The position numbers and the translations under genes are program-made. Positions 43,701 through 52,289 of a stretch of 64,000 nt of DNA are shown here, one piece after another; the stretch's first letter is position 1; the number at the start of each line of letters is the position of its first letter. Below the pieces are notes generated by a model that saw only the letters and a list, made by a program, of their open reading frames with translations, was not told where the DNA came from and did no database searches. Source of the stretch: a phage; NCBI GenBank assembly GCA_019326865.1, contig GCA_019326865.1_4101.1; one strand, written 5' to 3'.

Positions 43701-46700
43701 CAAGATATAAATTCCCCAGTTACAAGAGAATTCTGGCTCCACATCACAAAATCTTTAGCAATAGTGTTCCAATCTTGCTGAACGCCGCCATCATTTACAT
43801 CTTCGAAGATCCAGCCATGTTCTTTAAGATACTCACCATAACCACAAATAAAAGTATAGACTTCTTGGTAACTGTTAAAAACCGTTCCATATTCAATAGA
43901 AGCCTCAGACTTCCATTCATTGTAATGGACAACATTACGGTTTTCTAATTTAATAGTTACTTTTCGACCATTTTTCACTGGGAGTTTATATTTAAATTTA
44001 GCACCAACCAAATCATATCCATCGATTTGATATGCACTGCCATTCCATGTAATTTTGATTGCACTCATCTGTTCATCACGAATATTATTCGAACGTACAA
44101 GTCCAATTGTTTGGTTTTCTTGAGAAATCAACCCAAATGATTTAGCATTGAATGTTAGTTGGTCTGCTTTAGTAAAGCCTCCAATTTTATGTCCTACATT
44201 TACATAAGAAGAACGAACAATATCACCATATTTTGTAGTAATGTTTTTATTTTGATACATCAAATAATCACTAACGAACATTTGATACCCAATTGTTCTT
44301 GTGTTATTTTCACCATGAACAGTGGTTTTTTTATCAAAATTAACACGATTACGGGTATCCCCATAAAGAAATTGTTCACCACCAGTGAATATTTCTTTTA
44401 AATTATCATTTCGGGTGTCCCAAAAATAGTTTGCGAATTGTGCTGGTTTAGCTTTATACAATAGCATCATTTGGTCATATGCAAATAATGTGGTATTCAT
44501 GTAAGTGAATTCCATGTCACCCATATCACCATATGCCCAAGGTTCTGCTCTGTGATTTAAAGAACCAGATACTAAACCTAAAATCTCAGGGGCAATATAC
44601 TCAACAACACAAATATCCACACCAGATGATGTTTTATTTCCAGTTTTTGTAATTTTAAATGGTTGTACACCAAATCTTCTATATTTGTTATACTGACCAC
44701 GACGTTCACCAGATAAAATTGTACCAGTGCTACTATCCCCAATAGTATCATTAATATTCCAAAGACCGCTAGGAACTAAATCACCTTGTTCATCTGTGAC
44801 AAGTGCTTCATATACATATACAACATCACTATCACGTTCACCAACTTGAACAGCAGTTGGTTCATATTCTTGGTTCCACCAAGTAGGACGTTGTGTAAAT
44901 CCAAACATTTCCCATGGATGTGTTGCTGGACGATATGTACCATATTGGTCAGTATAGATTGCACGCCACGAACCACGAGCAGGAATTTCAGTACTTTTAC
45001 CATCAACCATATAATAGGTTCCAGTGTAGTTCCATGTTCTCCAGTTACTTGGGTCATAATCATGTGTACTATTACTAATACCATTGGATGCTGTAAAATT
45101 AATATAACCACGTAATAAAAGTGTTTGTTTTTCTTCTGCACTATATTCAGTTTTTGTAAAATATGGAGTAGGGAAAAGGTCATCACTATTCAATACTGGA
45201 ACATAATCAACATCTTTGAATTTATTATCAATACTATTAAAAATTCTATTTTCCAACTCATAAACAACATCATCCATTTTATCAACACCATTAATTACGC
45301 GATATGCTTTTGAAATGATACCAGTATGGCTAATGTTATAAAAGCTTGGTTTACTACCAGCAGTTAGAAATGTAGCTTTCTCAGGAACATATGCTTGTAG
45401 AATACCCAAAAACTGTGGTGTTGGTGGTATAAATGCACGAATAAGTCCAGATGTGCTTCCTACATTATCATAATAGAACGGGAATGAGCTATCACGTCCC
45501 ATATTGATAGTAGTTAAAATAGAATCAACAATACTTGCTGCACTATTTTGTAAAAAGTTTGATGGATTTTCATTATACATACGAAGCATTTGAGTATTAA
45601 ATTTATTAATGAATCTGAAATATTCAGATTGCATAAACATAGTTGCTTCAAATAAATCAATATCTTCATTTGCAGTATGAGCCATCAATGGGAGCATAGA
45701 AGCTTCATTTTGAATAATTTTAGTTCCTACTCCATTATTCACTAATCCCTTAGCTAAACGTTCTTCATAATCGTTGAAGTCATCAGCATAACCACTAGTG
45801 ATATTCTGTTGAATAATATCCTGAAAATGAAGAGTATAGTCTCCTTGATTAATATATATAATATTGGAGTTATATGGGTTATTTTGTAAGTTAATTGGAA
45901 CTTCATATGCACCTAATTCTTTATCAGGTGTTACAGTTCTACTATAAGTTCTAATTTGGATAACAGAATCATCATCTAAATCTATCGAACTATCAAGTGT
46001 GATGCTTTGTACTTGACCTTTTGATACATTCTTTGTATATTTTGATACATTAACACCATCGACATTAACTTCAATAATATCAGAATCATTATCTAAAACT
46101 TTTTGAGCTAATTCAAACGTATGATTATATTTTAAAATCTGAATACCATCACCACTAATCTGATGCCAGTCCAAATAAGTTTCACGTTCTGCTTTATAGT
46201 ACTGATATGTTCTATCAACTTCAATAACATATGCATACATACCATCAACAGGTTCTTTGAACACTTCCATGTCATAAACAGTACTGAACACTCGATACAT
46301 GTCAGTACGTTGGACCTGTGGAGTTTGTTTTACATATTGTTTAGAGTATTCTTTTGAACGAACCCAATCAGTTTTTAGATTCATTTTATTAGTTTCATCA
46401 ATAATGTTATAATAATACAATCCACCAATTTCAACTTCAACACCAAGATGGTCATATGTATAACGTTGTGATTGCAAAAAGTTTTCATATGTGTAATAGT
46501 TGTAATCACCAAGTTCAATGTTATACCCATATACGCTATCAGTAGCGTAATTGTAATTTATTTTAAAACCAAATAATTGTGAACCTTTAAAGTTACTGGA
46601 TGGGTATGTTGTACTATTATCTAGTTTAATCCCATTGCGATCATAAAGTTGGAACTGTGGGAAGACGTTAACACTAGGTTTAGACTGTGCACGAACCCAC

Positions 46701-47737
46701 AAAGTACCATTCCAAAACATAGAACTATTACCATATTCATTACCTTTGGTAATTAAAACAACATCTCCATCCTGTGGTTCACCACTTGGACGAGATTCTG
46801 ATTCTTCATCGGGGTCTAGTGCTAAGCCATAAACACGTGTACCATCTTGCATTTTTTTAACATATATTTTATAAATTCTATTGTTTTCGCCATCGTTACC
46901 AATACTAGTGAATAGAATACGCATACCATCTTGTGGAATAATACCATCAATGCGAATACCACTATTGACATCTTTTTGGATAATATCTTCAGGTTTAATA
47001 TTATCAGAAAAAAGTTCAACTGTGCCACGGAATTTTGTACCATAGTTAATTAGCTCAATATTTTTATTATATTCAATAATTGGTGCACGAGCACGAATAA
47101 AACGAGCATCTTGCATTAATTCTTCGGTCAAGATAGAACCATCTTCCAGTGTTTCACCTAAAGTATACCAAAAGTTTTGTAATGACCAAGTATTACCATT
47201 ACGTGCACCACGTTCCATGACAATGTAGTCAGGGGTAGTAATATTATAAGAGTTTTTTGTATCCCAAAGATATGAGCTAAAATTATTCATTTTATTTGGG
47301 TTGATAGCAGGTGTCCATGCATAAAACTTACCGTTAAATAAGCGGCTTTCATTATCGGTTAGTGCTCCGTAATGACTCATGTACCCAACCAGATCATCAT
47401 AAAATTGAATTGAACGAATAGTCGAATCATCATTTTTAGAGACGTAAGCAGTGGACAACTGATAAAGTTGTCGAGCAACAGTACTTTCGTGTAAAAAGAT
47501 ATTACCAGCAGCGGCTGGAGAACCCATATCACCAATATAACCGTCAACTAATTCGTTTTCAGCCGGATTAAACCATTGTTGAATAACATCATCACTGACT
47601 TTCTGAATATCTTCTAAGCCTTGCATCCACTCAGGCAATCTTTTAATAAAAAGCTTTTTCTGTACTGCTTCAGCCATCTGTGTAGGTTGAAACTTAAAAT
47701 TATTAGTCATTTTCTGGACTCCATATAATTCGTTCAT
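37742..47737 (-). CDS. giant virion structural protein (3331 aa; baseplate wedge/fibre-network candidate)
   Basis: Uninterrupted 10-kb ORF in AT-rich DNA; immediately downstream of gp6-like baseplate gene. Confidence 0.6.
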   Translation of the reverse strand: MNELYGVQKMTNNFKFQPTQMAEAVQKKLFIKRLPEWMQGLEDIQKVSDDVIQQWFNPAENELVDGYIGDMGSPAAAGNIFLHESTVARQLYQLSTAYVSKNDDSTIRSIQFYDDLVGYMSHYGALTDNESRLFNGKFYAWTPAINPNKMNNFSSYLWDTKNSYNITTPDYIVMERGARNGNTWSLQNFWYTLGETLEDGSILTEELMQDARFIRARAPIIEYNKNIELINYGTKFRGTVELFSDNIKPEDIIQKDVNSGIRIDGIIPQDGMRILFTSIGNDGENNRIYKIYVKKMQDGTRVYGLALDPDEESESRPSGEPQDGDVVLITKGNEYGNSSMFWNGTLWVRAQSKPSVNVFPQFQLYDRNGIKLDNSTTYPSSNFKGSQLFGFKINYNYATDSVYGYNIELGDYNYYTYENFLQSQRYTYDHLGVEVEIGGLYYYNIIDETNKMNLKTDWVRSKEYSKQYVKQTPQVQRTDMYRVFSTVYDMEVFKEPVDGMYAYVIEVDRTYQYYKAERETYLDWHQISGDGIQILKYNHTFELAQKVLDNDSDIIEVNVDGVNVSKYTKNVSKGQVQSITLDSSIDLDDDSVIQIRTYSRTVTPDKELGAYEVPINLQNNPYNSNIIYINQGDYTLHFQDIIQQNITSGYADDFNDYEERLAKGLVNNGVGTKIIQNEASMLPLMAHTANEDIDLFEATMFMQSEYFRFINKFNTQMLRMYNENPSNFLQNSAASIVDSILTTINMGRDSSFPFYYDNVGSTSGLIRAFIPPTPQFLGILQAYVPEKATFLTAGSKPSFYNISHTGIISKAYRVINGVDKMDDVVYELENRIFNSIDNKFKDVDYVPVLNSDDLFPTPYFTKTEYSAEEKQTLLLRGYINFTASNGISNSTHDYDPSNWRTWNYTGTYYMVDGKSTEIPARGSWRAIYTDQYGTYRPATHPWEMFGFTQRPTWWNQEYEPTAVQVGERDSDVVYVYEALVTDEQGDLVPSGLWNINDTIGDSSTGTILSGERRGQYNKYRRFGVQPFKITKTGNKTSSGVDICVVEYIAPEILGLVSGSLNHRAEPWAYGDMGDMEFTYMNTTLFAYDQMMLLYKAKPAQFANYFWDTRNDNLKEIFTGGEQFLYGDTRNRVNFDKKTTVHGENNTRTIGYQMFVSDYLMYQNKNITTKYGDIVRSSYVNVGHKIGGFTKADQLTFNAKSFGLISQENQTIGLVRSNNIRDEQMSAIKITWNGSAYQIDGYDLVGAKFKYKLPVKNGRKVTIKLENRNVVHYNEWKSEASIEYGTVFNSYQEVYTFICGYGEYLKEHGWIFEDVNDGGVQQDWNTIAKDFVMWSQNSLVTGEFISCTPSATNAKFGSDFGSVQSIAQNNGGVWSLLDDNNQGIRQYEIETSRIGNIFTVRTLDSNKRIALLRLSLCSYEHAVIFDDKTIFGDYIYQPTYGSIQELIKMYGYITGSWTGRLQAPGFIILESGTIPSFETLVTDFQHYYDNENPVSDVQLQELSSHLIGYQSRDYLQRMISSDVSRVDFYKGFIHDKGTNQVLERVLRVSKSYDTDEYKALQEWAFKIGTYGNIDGKKNLQFKLINDQFKQQPQMVSFDENATSNGNGNNVVYFGDQGKDPRWITRPNGKFSFPMRSGRSEHIQLPDIGPVTLDEVSYTTKDFSTAYNDRISYVNGKGENPESVWMFKDGNGLWNIFELVDTNVQMVSITPIENTDIYAEQFCKVTLTDKIPLEDGDYYYFVDETNFMPDTLTVESQYYTAGEDSKVMVVPFDTSINIEFTDPATRPRLYRYVSRFSSADKRQEYIDKKYSFKAPQSTLFERPTTYDERTNITALYLNVFDPINGVIPGAAMQNVTYTSPIDPAQYNSNGELVQAWGADKVGQVWWNTSTAFYLDYTRAIYDADGNVDIDATNEYKRYNWGRLLPHSTIDVLEWVCSPVEPYNWDKYCKDVAKKNKNNNMYLPSGTALEDNYSTFLEYDSSTDSYVTKYYFWVRDTIYVPPLHTRTKSCTDIARIIKDPSQLNIPWFAPINENSFILSNMQFKVNDDTSILTISYYMDSTEVVKHDQYQLCKEGESYNFNPLIWDSMWNSLIGQETTKSGSVINLLYPDVDNGIGSNKTWFQNVIEARRNFVESANNYYRSQNITTNSVVMEDVFNVKTTEVNPNEVSFRVLSYNNELVIAVEKDKFKENDAVILSSSGYLPNPLSTSAVYFIHFDENGYIQLMNSPANTGNIVTITLENKGEGQHKMIKQSDYVESLGTSLDMTHYWSYADWYDVGYDSKTAYIQETSLEEANTKNYQVGDIIRVTDSENIWTLYIKSQSRDSIYWKAIGRQNSTIELNDILYTDYSVYNDDGSLSNREINVRKALALLKHSFDLHQSEIVFDMVKYVHVEQSVVDWVFKTSYIYIVGLEQSLVQNYSNDNLINQIVEYFEEVKPYRTKIRSQIEQKTSDDDLIKGLCNDLDPNGYIFVDGSWIKTEKDIWDYEYAQYNEVTKKWEQVGALPSDFITPNRRFQEIDIIMHYDNIQCKPNEDLANINDLVSVNKKYQTNEKDSVNNYELQRYIYSFPEYNEKSFDLVNAYLMQIYYPELDVTLGTAHGVNQWYKDHADDLEATDKFTATLERVYKESTHNEMFTDLRQYVQYNTLANRLKLYKDISDDKIHDEVGCGFSGLTYNDNPSTRLPLGFSSSNDYNYGYFEISKELYEKYISLIKDKHPDASDYDIKVKLEVEYGVYVYRYDEVGGDTRFYSDAVHVLAGMRGLFDKDATDKYEKAEEILSKTPIDIYAITMMPRKYVYLNVNGVNQSIPDNRSIDDFMEDYFITNGEMVELAEINLDDLPQDTNNPMYSDYQFILDSISEAKYFNDMNAFDNLALESQTSTIKWEVKDDEVDPYIIDISDINPSGRDVGHIRFTVDGYGFDNVSLVQLRNNSRYQTEGMAIINPYKHTEAIVSIPSYAKVENDINKKSAPFDEKYFYRVRSINSLTEAEIVDNDLSDGDKVMIFTPDGEDFIRYQNHKWETILRVSNIKHNTTPILFTVRTTGKETIELVDTSGAVLRYDNITLAQQNEPVQPLALNIVRVRTFTDSEFVKDGIKLYEQNRNYTIDVINYDVFYDTTLNGGKYNDGVTPDDIDVWIVSNEIFNDDGITIDNGYNLPITGDGVLSELVRTKMPDCLEINVIEYDANDIKPFKNNEGIWGYEYPMVDNIYIGVVGGTITNITTISEENTTYVAQPISVSPYNIRNNVLLGSSANRNDIISIGYEKVEVRNANNLLRGVMYSAEHDFKLNTTYSFNGINLGSYDKFKHYTHNGYTIDLSMYTNSLRISGSDIKNILLVK

Positions 47738-47757
47738 TCATTTATTTTATTTATTAG

Positions 47758-47783
47758 ATAAAAAAGGCGTTCCGAAGAACGCC
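47758..47783 (-). terminator. intrinsic terminator (ggcgttc-cgaa-gaacgcc; T-run on minus strand)
   Basis: Perfect 7-bp stem 10 nt after stop of 47793..51254. Confidence 0.6.
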
Positions 47784-47792
47784 AGTGTAACA

Positions 47793-50700
47793 TTAAGAAC
47801 CAATATTTATATTGCTTTTAGCTAATGAGTTAACTATTTGAACATTTTCTACAGATGCAGTACTCAAAAATATTTGGTCAGAACGTGATGGAATTTCAAA
47901 TAGAGAACCAAATTTTGAATTTGGATTTTGTGCAACTATCACAATTGTACTAATATGTCTACCCAATTGGGAATGTATATAAGTACACAAATCAGTGTAA
48001 TAGAAACTTTCACCAAAATCCCAGTTATCGACATTAAAATATTCATTTGTTAATGCAATAACATTTTGACGAATTTCATCATCACTCATAGTGCTATTTG
48101 GTAATTTAACAACTTTAAAATCAGCTTTATAGTCTTCAGCAGCACTATTACCAAACAATGGTAGATACTCTGCACTATGCCAAATAATACTGTCACTGAT
48201 GACAGTTTTTTGTTCAACATCTTTGAACATATTTTTCAATTCAACTGATGTAGGTGGTTTTGGGATACTTCCAACTGCATTATTTTTCAACCACACATCA
48301 ACTTCGGTTTTATATGAGTTAGTTAGAACATACATATCAATTAAGTTTGTTCTACTTGGATCAATGCGATTATCATCAGGTGCATAATGCTTCCAATGGA
48401 AATCAATACTTGTACGAGCATTTGTTTTAACTGTGTATTGTGCAGTGACATCTTTATAACCATAGTAATCCAATTTCTGATTCTCATCTGAAATAGTACC
48501 CATATTGTTAATTGTACGATAAAATGCGAGTTCTGGAGTAACAGTGATGGTGTCATCTGAATATGTCAAATTACTAATTAATTGGCCCAAACGATCATTG
48601 TTGTTACCAACGGTCTGTTCGATGAAATAATATTTACCATCATATTTAAAACACACCAAGAATCCAGAACCTTTACTGTACAATCCACTCAATGAGTTAG
48701 AACGAATTGCATTATTTCGTACAAATTCAGTTCTTTTATATGTATTAGGTTCAGCTAATGCTTGTTCCATAGTATAAGACCAAGATGAATCTAGAAGCGT
48801 GAATGTATCATTTGGTAAAGATAGAACTGAAATAGTAAAATCATTATTTTCTTTGAATATCAAAATACCACCATATTTTAATGCATCAGAACCTGACCAT
48901 TCTGGGACAATTTCTTTAAATTGATTTGGCTCTAATGGTATACCATTACTATCTACTTTTCTAGATGTGACTATAATACGAGAGCCATCAAGATATCCAT
49001 TTTCTTGCTGTATTGTATCATAAATTTGAAAATCAATATTACTCGTTAGTCCAGAATTGTTAGTACTTGTGGTGTTCGAAGATAAAATTTCAATCTTATC
49101 ACTTTGAACCGTACCAGTACTAATATCAGTTATTTTTTTGGATGAAACAAAGTAAAATTTCACTTTATCTCCACCGACGAATATATATTCAATACCATTA
49201 GCGTCAAATTCCCAGGTTTCTGCTGTATATCTGACATTTATAACAACCAAAACTTCATGACCATTATACACAATAGTATCATCATTCGTACTTACTTCTA
49301 CAGGAACCCATGCAGTTGTTTCTTTGTCATGAACGATGACAAAATCAGTTTTCTTATCCAACATTGCAGAAATAGATTGAACTTCAACGGAATCAAATCT
49401 AGTTCTATATGGTAATATATAATCAATTGCTTGCATTCTACTTGGCACAGATGTACTTAATACATAAAACCCATTATCTAAGACACTAACAACGCTTGCC
49501 CATACTGTAGATGTAGAGTTAGAAAATTTAATCAAAGTACCTACCTGATACGAGCCATATACGGTTCCAGATGAACCCAAAATTCTACCATATGTATTTG
49601 TAGTATAATTTGAATTATATACAGGCGTCCATGATTGTTGGATTTCAATGCCAATCGTATTGGAAGGGTAAGCTTGATAGCGTTGTATTACTGCATTTTC
49701 ACCAATCAATGGTTGAATATTATCAATAACAATACTGGCATTAGTTTTTGTTGTTGGTAGTAGTAATGATTTATTAAATTTAGTATTTTCTTGATATAAT
49801 GCTCCGTCATCACTAAAAACATCAGTGTTTTGGTATTTCCCAGTAGGATCATTGATGTCAATAAATCGAGACTGACCACTATAAATTCTATTAATAGCTT
49901 TCGACTTAAGTACTGTATTTCCTAAGCTAAGAGGTGCTATATTATAATCTTCGCCATTAACAAAACGGTTTTGTGTATAGTACATTTGTGGTGCACGTGC
50001 TTTAATCTGCTCAATCGTCTCAGCACTTTGTGCACGGTCGGATTCATATTGTAATGAAAAACGCACATCCAACGTACTAGATTCATAGCTTGATTGGGTT
50101 TTAGTTCGATATGTATACTTTACACTTTTATTTTGAATTTCTGATGTTTTAATGTTATACGTTTTACCATTGCTGACGCGATACCACACGCGAAATGTTC
50201 CACGCGGAACAACACCACTTCTAGAATCTGGATATTTAATTGTTATTTGGTCTTTGTCACGAGTTGAAACAGCAAAAATTGTTTTTAATTGACGGTTAAC
50301 CGTATTATATGCAATACTTTCCATAGATGGAACTTTTGTCCATTTCGCACGCACAATGCCGTCTTCATTAATTTCTTGAACCCAAACATCAGTTTCGTTT
50401 ATATTATCAACGTTTACATCTTGTATTCTATTTTCTTCACGAATGTTATATTGATAATCTTGATATGTCAACGTCCCTTGTATAAAATATACAAAAAAAC
50501 CAGTATTTGGTGAACTGAATCCATTACCATCATTTTGATATACAATATATTTTTGTTCTTGTGGTTCTGGGTGACGTTCCTCAACACCAACGGATGTAAT
50601 GTCAGGGTTTACCACTTCAAATGTCATAGATTCACCATTTACTGTTGCAACAAATGGTATACTTGGTGCAGTCATTGGAATCGTATTCATTCTATACAAT

Positions 50701-51254
50701 TGTCGTGATACACCATTAACATCAATACGTTTAACTGGGTTCCCAAATTGATTAGTACTAACAAATGAACTATTCATAACAAGAATGAAGTTTTCATACC
50801 AATTTGCATCCATCGGGTCATTCCAACGAATAATTTTATCTTTGAGTGATTCATTGAAACTATTACGAACATCTTGGTTAGTTTTAATTTCAGTTAATTT
50901 TGCAACTGCACGTCCAGGATAAGAGCGACGTGGTGTATAAGAAATCATTTTAGCTAGTTTTAGAACTGATGCACGACGTGTTGCAGTATCTAAAAAGTTT
51001 TCACGCGTGTTCAAATCCATACGAAATGCCAAGTTCTGCCCTAGCATAGAAATTGTATCCAGAATAAAAATGAATTGGTCATTTTCAATCCAGTCATTGA
51101 ATGAATCAGGATATGTTTGACGCAAATAATCAATCATACTCTGGCGAATAGTATCAAAATCATATGCAGTAAGGTTGATTTTATAAAAACTTTCATAAAC
51201 TTGAGTCCAATCTTCACCACTATATAAATTCGATTGCCTTTTTTGTTGTGACAT
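47793..51254 (-). CDS. baseplate wedge protein (gp6 / Baseplate-J-like)
   Basis: N-terminal block FLDTATRRASVLKLAKMISYTPRRSYPGRA parallels T4 gp6 pattern as recalled; gene-order context. Confidence 0.55.
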   Translation of the reverse strand: MSQQKRQSNLYSGEDWTQVYESFYKINLTAYDFDTIRQSMIDYLRQTYPDSFNDWIENDQFIFILDTISMLGQNLAFRMDLNTRENFLDTATRRASVLKLAKMISYTPRRSYPGRAVAKLTEIKTNQDVRNSFNESLKDKIIRWNDPMDANWYENFILVMNSSFVSTNQFGNPVKRIDVNGVSRQLYRMNTIPMTAPSIPFVATVNGESMTFEVVNPDITSVGVEERHPEPQEQKYIVYQNDGNGFSSPNTGFFVYFIQGTLTYQDYQYNIREENRIQDVNVDNINETDVWVQEINEDGIVRAKWTKVPSMESIAYNTVNRQLKTIFAVSTRDKDQITIKYPDSRSGVVPRGTFRVWYRVSNGKTYNIKTSEIQNKSVKYTYRTKTQSSYESSTLDVRFSLQYESDRAQSAETIEQIKARAPQMYYTQNRFVNGEDYNIAPLSLGNTVLKSKAINRIYSGQSRFIDINDPTGKYQNTDVFSDDGALYQENTKFNKSLLLPTTKTNASIVIDNIQPLIGENAVIQRYQAYPSNTIGIEIQQSWTPVYNSNYTTNTYGRILGSSGTVYGSYQVGTLIKFSNSTSTVWASVVSVLDNGFYVLSTSVPSRMQAIDYILPYRTRFDSVEVQSISAMLDKKTDFVIVHDKETTAWVPVEVSTNDDTIVYNGHEVLVVINVRYTAETWEFDANGIEYIFVGGDKVKFYFVSSKKITDISTGTVQSDKIEILSSNTTSTNNSGLTSNIDFQIYDTIQQENGYLDGSRIIVTSRKVDSNGIPLEPNQFKEIVPEWSGSDALKYGGILIFKENNDFTISVLSLPNDTFTLLDSSWSYTMEQALAEPNTYKRTEFVRNNAIRSNSLSGLYSKGSGFLVCFKYDGKYYFIEQTVGNNNDRLGQLISNLTYSDDTITVTPELAFYRTINNMGTISDENQKLDYYGYKDVTAQYTVKTNARTSIDFHWKHYAPDDNRIDPSRTNLIDMYVLTNSYKTEVDVWLKNNAVGSIPKPPTSVELKNMFKDVEQKTVISDSIIWHSAEYLPLFGNSAAEDYKADFKVVKLPNSTMSDDEIRQNVIALTNEYFNVDNWDFGESFYYTDLCTYIHSQLGRHISTIVIVAQNPNSKFGSLFEIPSRSDQIFLSTASVENVQIVNSLAKSNINIGS

Positions 51255-51317
51255 AATTTATTCCTTTAAATCAGTAAAGTACTAGTTCAGTACTGGGAAT
51301 TATATAGAAATATTTAT

Positions 51318-51346
51318 TCAAAAAGAAAAGCACTCAGAAGAGTGCT
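51318..51346 (-). terminator. intrinsic terminator (agcactc-agaa-gagtgct)
   Basis: Perfect 7-bp stem with flanking A/T runs after stop of 51356..51751. Confidence 0.55.
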
Positions 51347-51355
51347 TTTTCTTAA

Positions 51356-51751
51356 TTATAAAGACGATACTGAATAAGTTGCCATTCTATTATTACTTCT
51401 TGCATCAAAGACTATAGAAAGTTCTTCTACTGTATTCAATACAACGTATTGTAATACGATATTCATTTGGTATCCATATTCAATTCTTGAAATTTGTATG
51501 TTTTTAAGATTTAATCGTGGATCTAAGCTAATAATCCTACGTGCATCGGCTTCTAAAAGGTTAATAGTATTATATCCTTCCAATTCAAACAACAAATCCC
51601 ATGCAATAAACCCATAGTCTGCATCAAATGCTCTTTCGCCTTTTTTTGTATTAAAATGATTCATCAAATCCTGTCGAACCAATTCATTATCATACAATGT
51701 TTCAGTTCTACCCACAACTGGTGTAGAGAAACCTTTGAAAACAACTGCCAT
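51356..51751 (-). CDS. baseplate wedge protein (gp25 / GPW-like)
   Basis: ~130 aa; pattern KKGERAFDADYGFIAWDLLFE...PRL parallels gp25 family as recalled. Confidence 0.55.
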   Translation of the reverse strand: MAVVFKGFSTPVVGRTETLYDNELVRQDLMNHFNTKKGERAFDADYGFIAWDLLFELEGYNTINLLEADARRIISLDPRLNLKNIQISRIEYGYQMNIVLQYVVLNTVEELSIVFDARSNNRMATYSVSSL

Positions 51752-51764
51752 TGTCTATTTCCTT

Positions 51765-52253
51765 TTATACGGATTCGACGATACGTGCCATCTTTTCCGC
51801 TCTAGAAGTGGTTTGTTTATACCATGCACTATCACGCAATTCTTTACCAGCAGTTTTATAATCAGCTTTGCCTAATGCGGTCATTGCTTTTTTGAATTTC
51901 AAAACTTTGGTTTTACCCATTTGGAATACCATCATCCACAATACACGCTGTACCTGTACTGGTGCGGTCATACCAAATTGTTCATAAATGGATTTTGCGT
52001 CATTGTACGCGGTTTGAGCATCTTTAATAAGAAGTTGGTCTGCTTGTTCTTCAGTTAAACCATTTTTGAAGTTCTCATTGGGTAGAACTAAATGACCATA
52101 ACCAATAGTATCAAGACCAAGGCTATCTTTATATACCCAAAACTTATCATTTTTAAAATATCCAAGTTTTTTTTGATAAGAAATTGTACCTTCAAACTCT
52201 TTAATTTCTTTAAAAAACTGCTCATCTGTATTTTTAATTTCCCATTTACTCAT
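51765..52253 (-). CDS. T4-type lysozyme (GH24; endolysin candidate)
   Basis: EGTISYQ...DTIGYGHL catalytic region, MVFQMGKT, SAWYKQTTSRAEKMARIVE; matches T4 gene e pattern as recalled. Confidence 0.85.
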   Translation of the reverse strand: MSKWEIKNTDEQFFKEIKEFEGTISYQKKLGYFKNDKFWVYKDSLGLDTIGYGHLVLPNENFKNGLTEEQADQLLIKDAQTAYNDAKSIYEQFGMTAPVQVQRVLWMMVFQMGKTKVLKFKKAMTALGKADYKTAGKELRDSAWYKQTTSRAEKMARIVESV

Positions 52254-52268
52254 AAAGACATCCTCATT

Positions 52269-52276
52269 TTATTTAT
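52269..52276 (-). promoter_or_regulatory. T4-late-type promoter motif TATAAATA (minus strand)
   Basis: Exact TATAAATA 16 nt upstream of lysozyme start. Confidence 0.45.
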
Positions 52277-52289
52277 AGTACTGAAATAT

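Noticed and set aside
37829-47043. Short ORFs on both strands inside the 3331-aa gene (e.g. 37829..38014, 44776..45186, 44786..45115)
   Set aside because: Fully embedded in a continuous 10-kb ORF; short, hydrophobic/low-complexity translations typical of out-of-frame AT-rich sequence.
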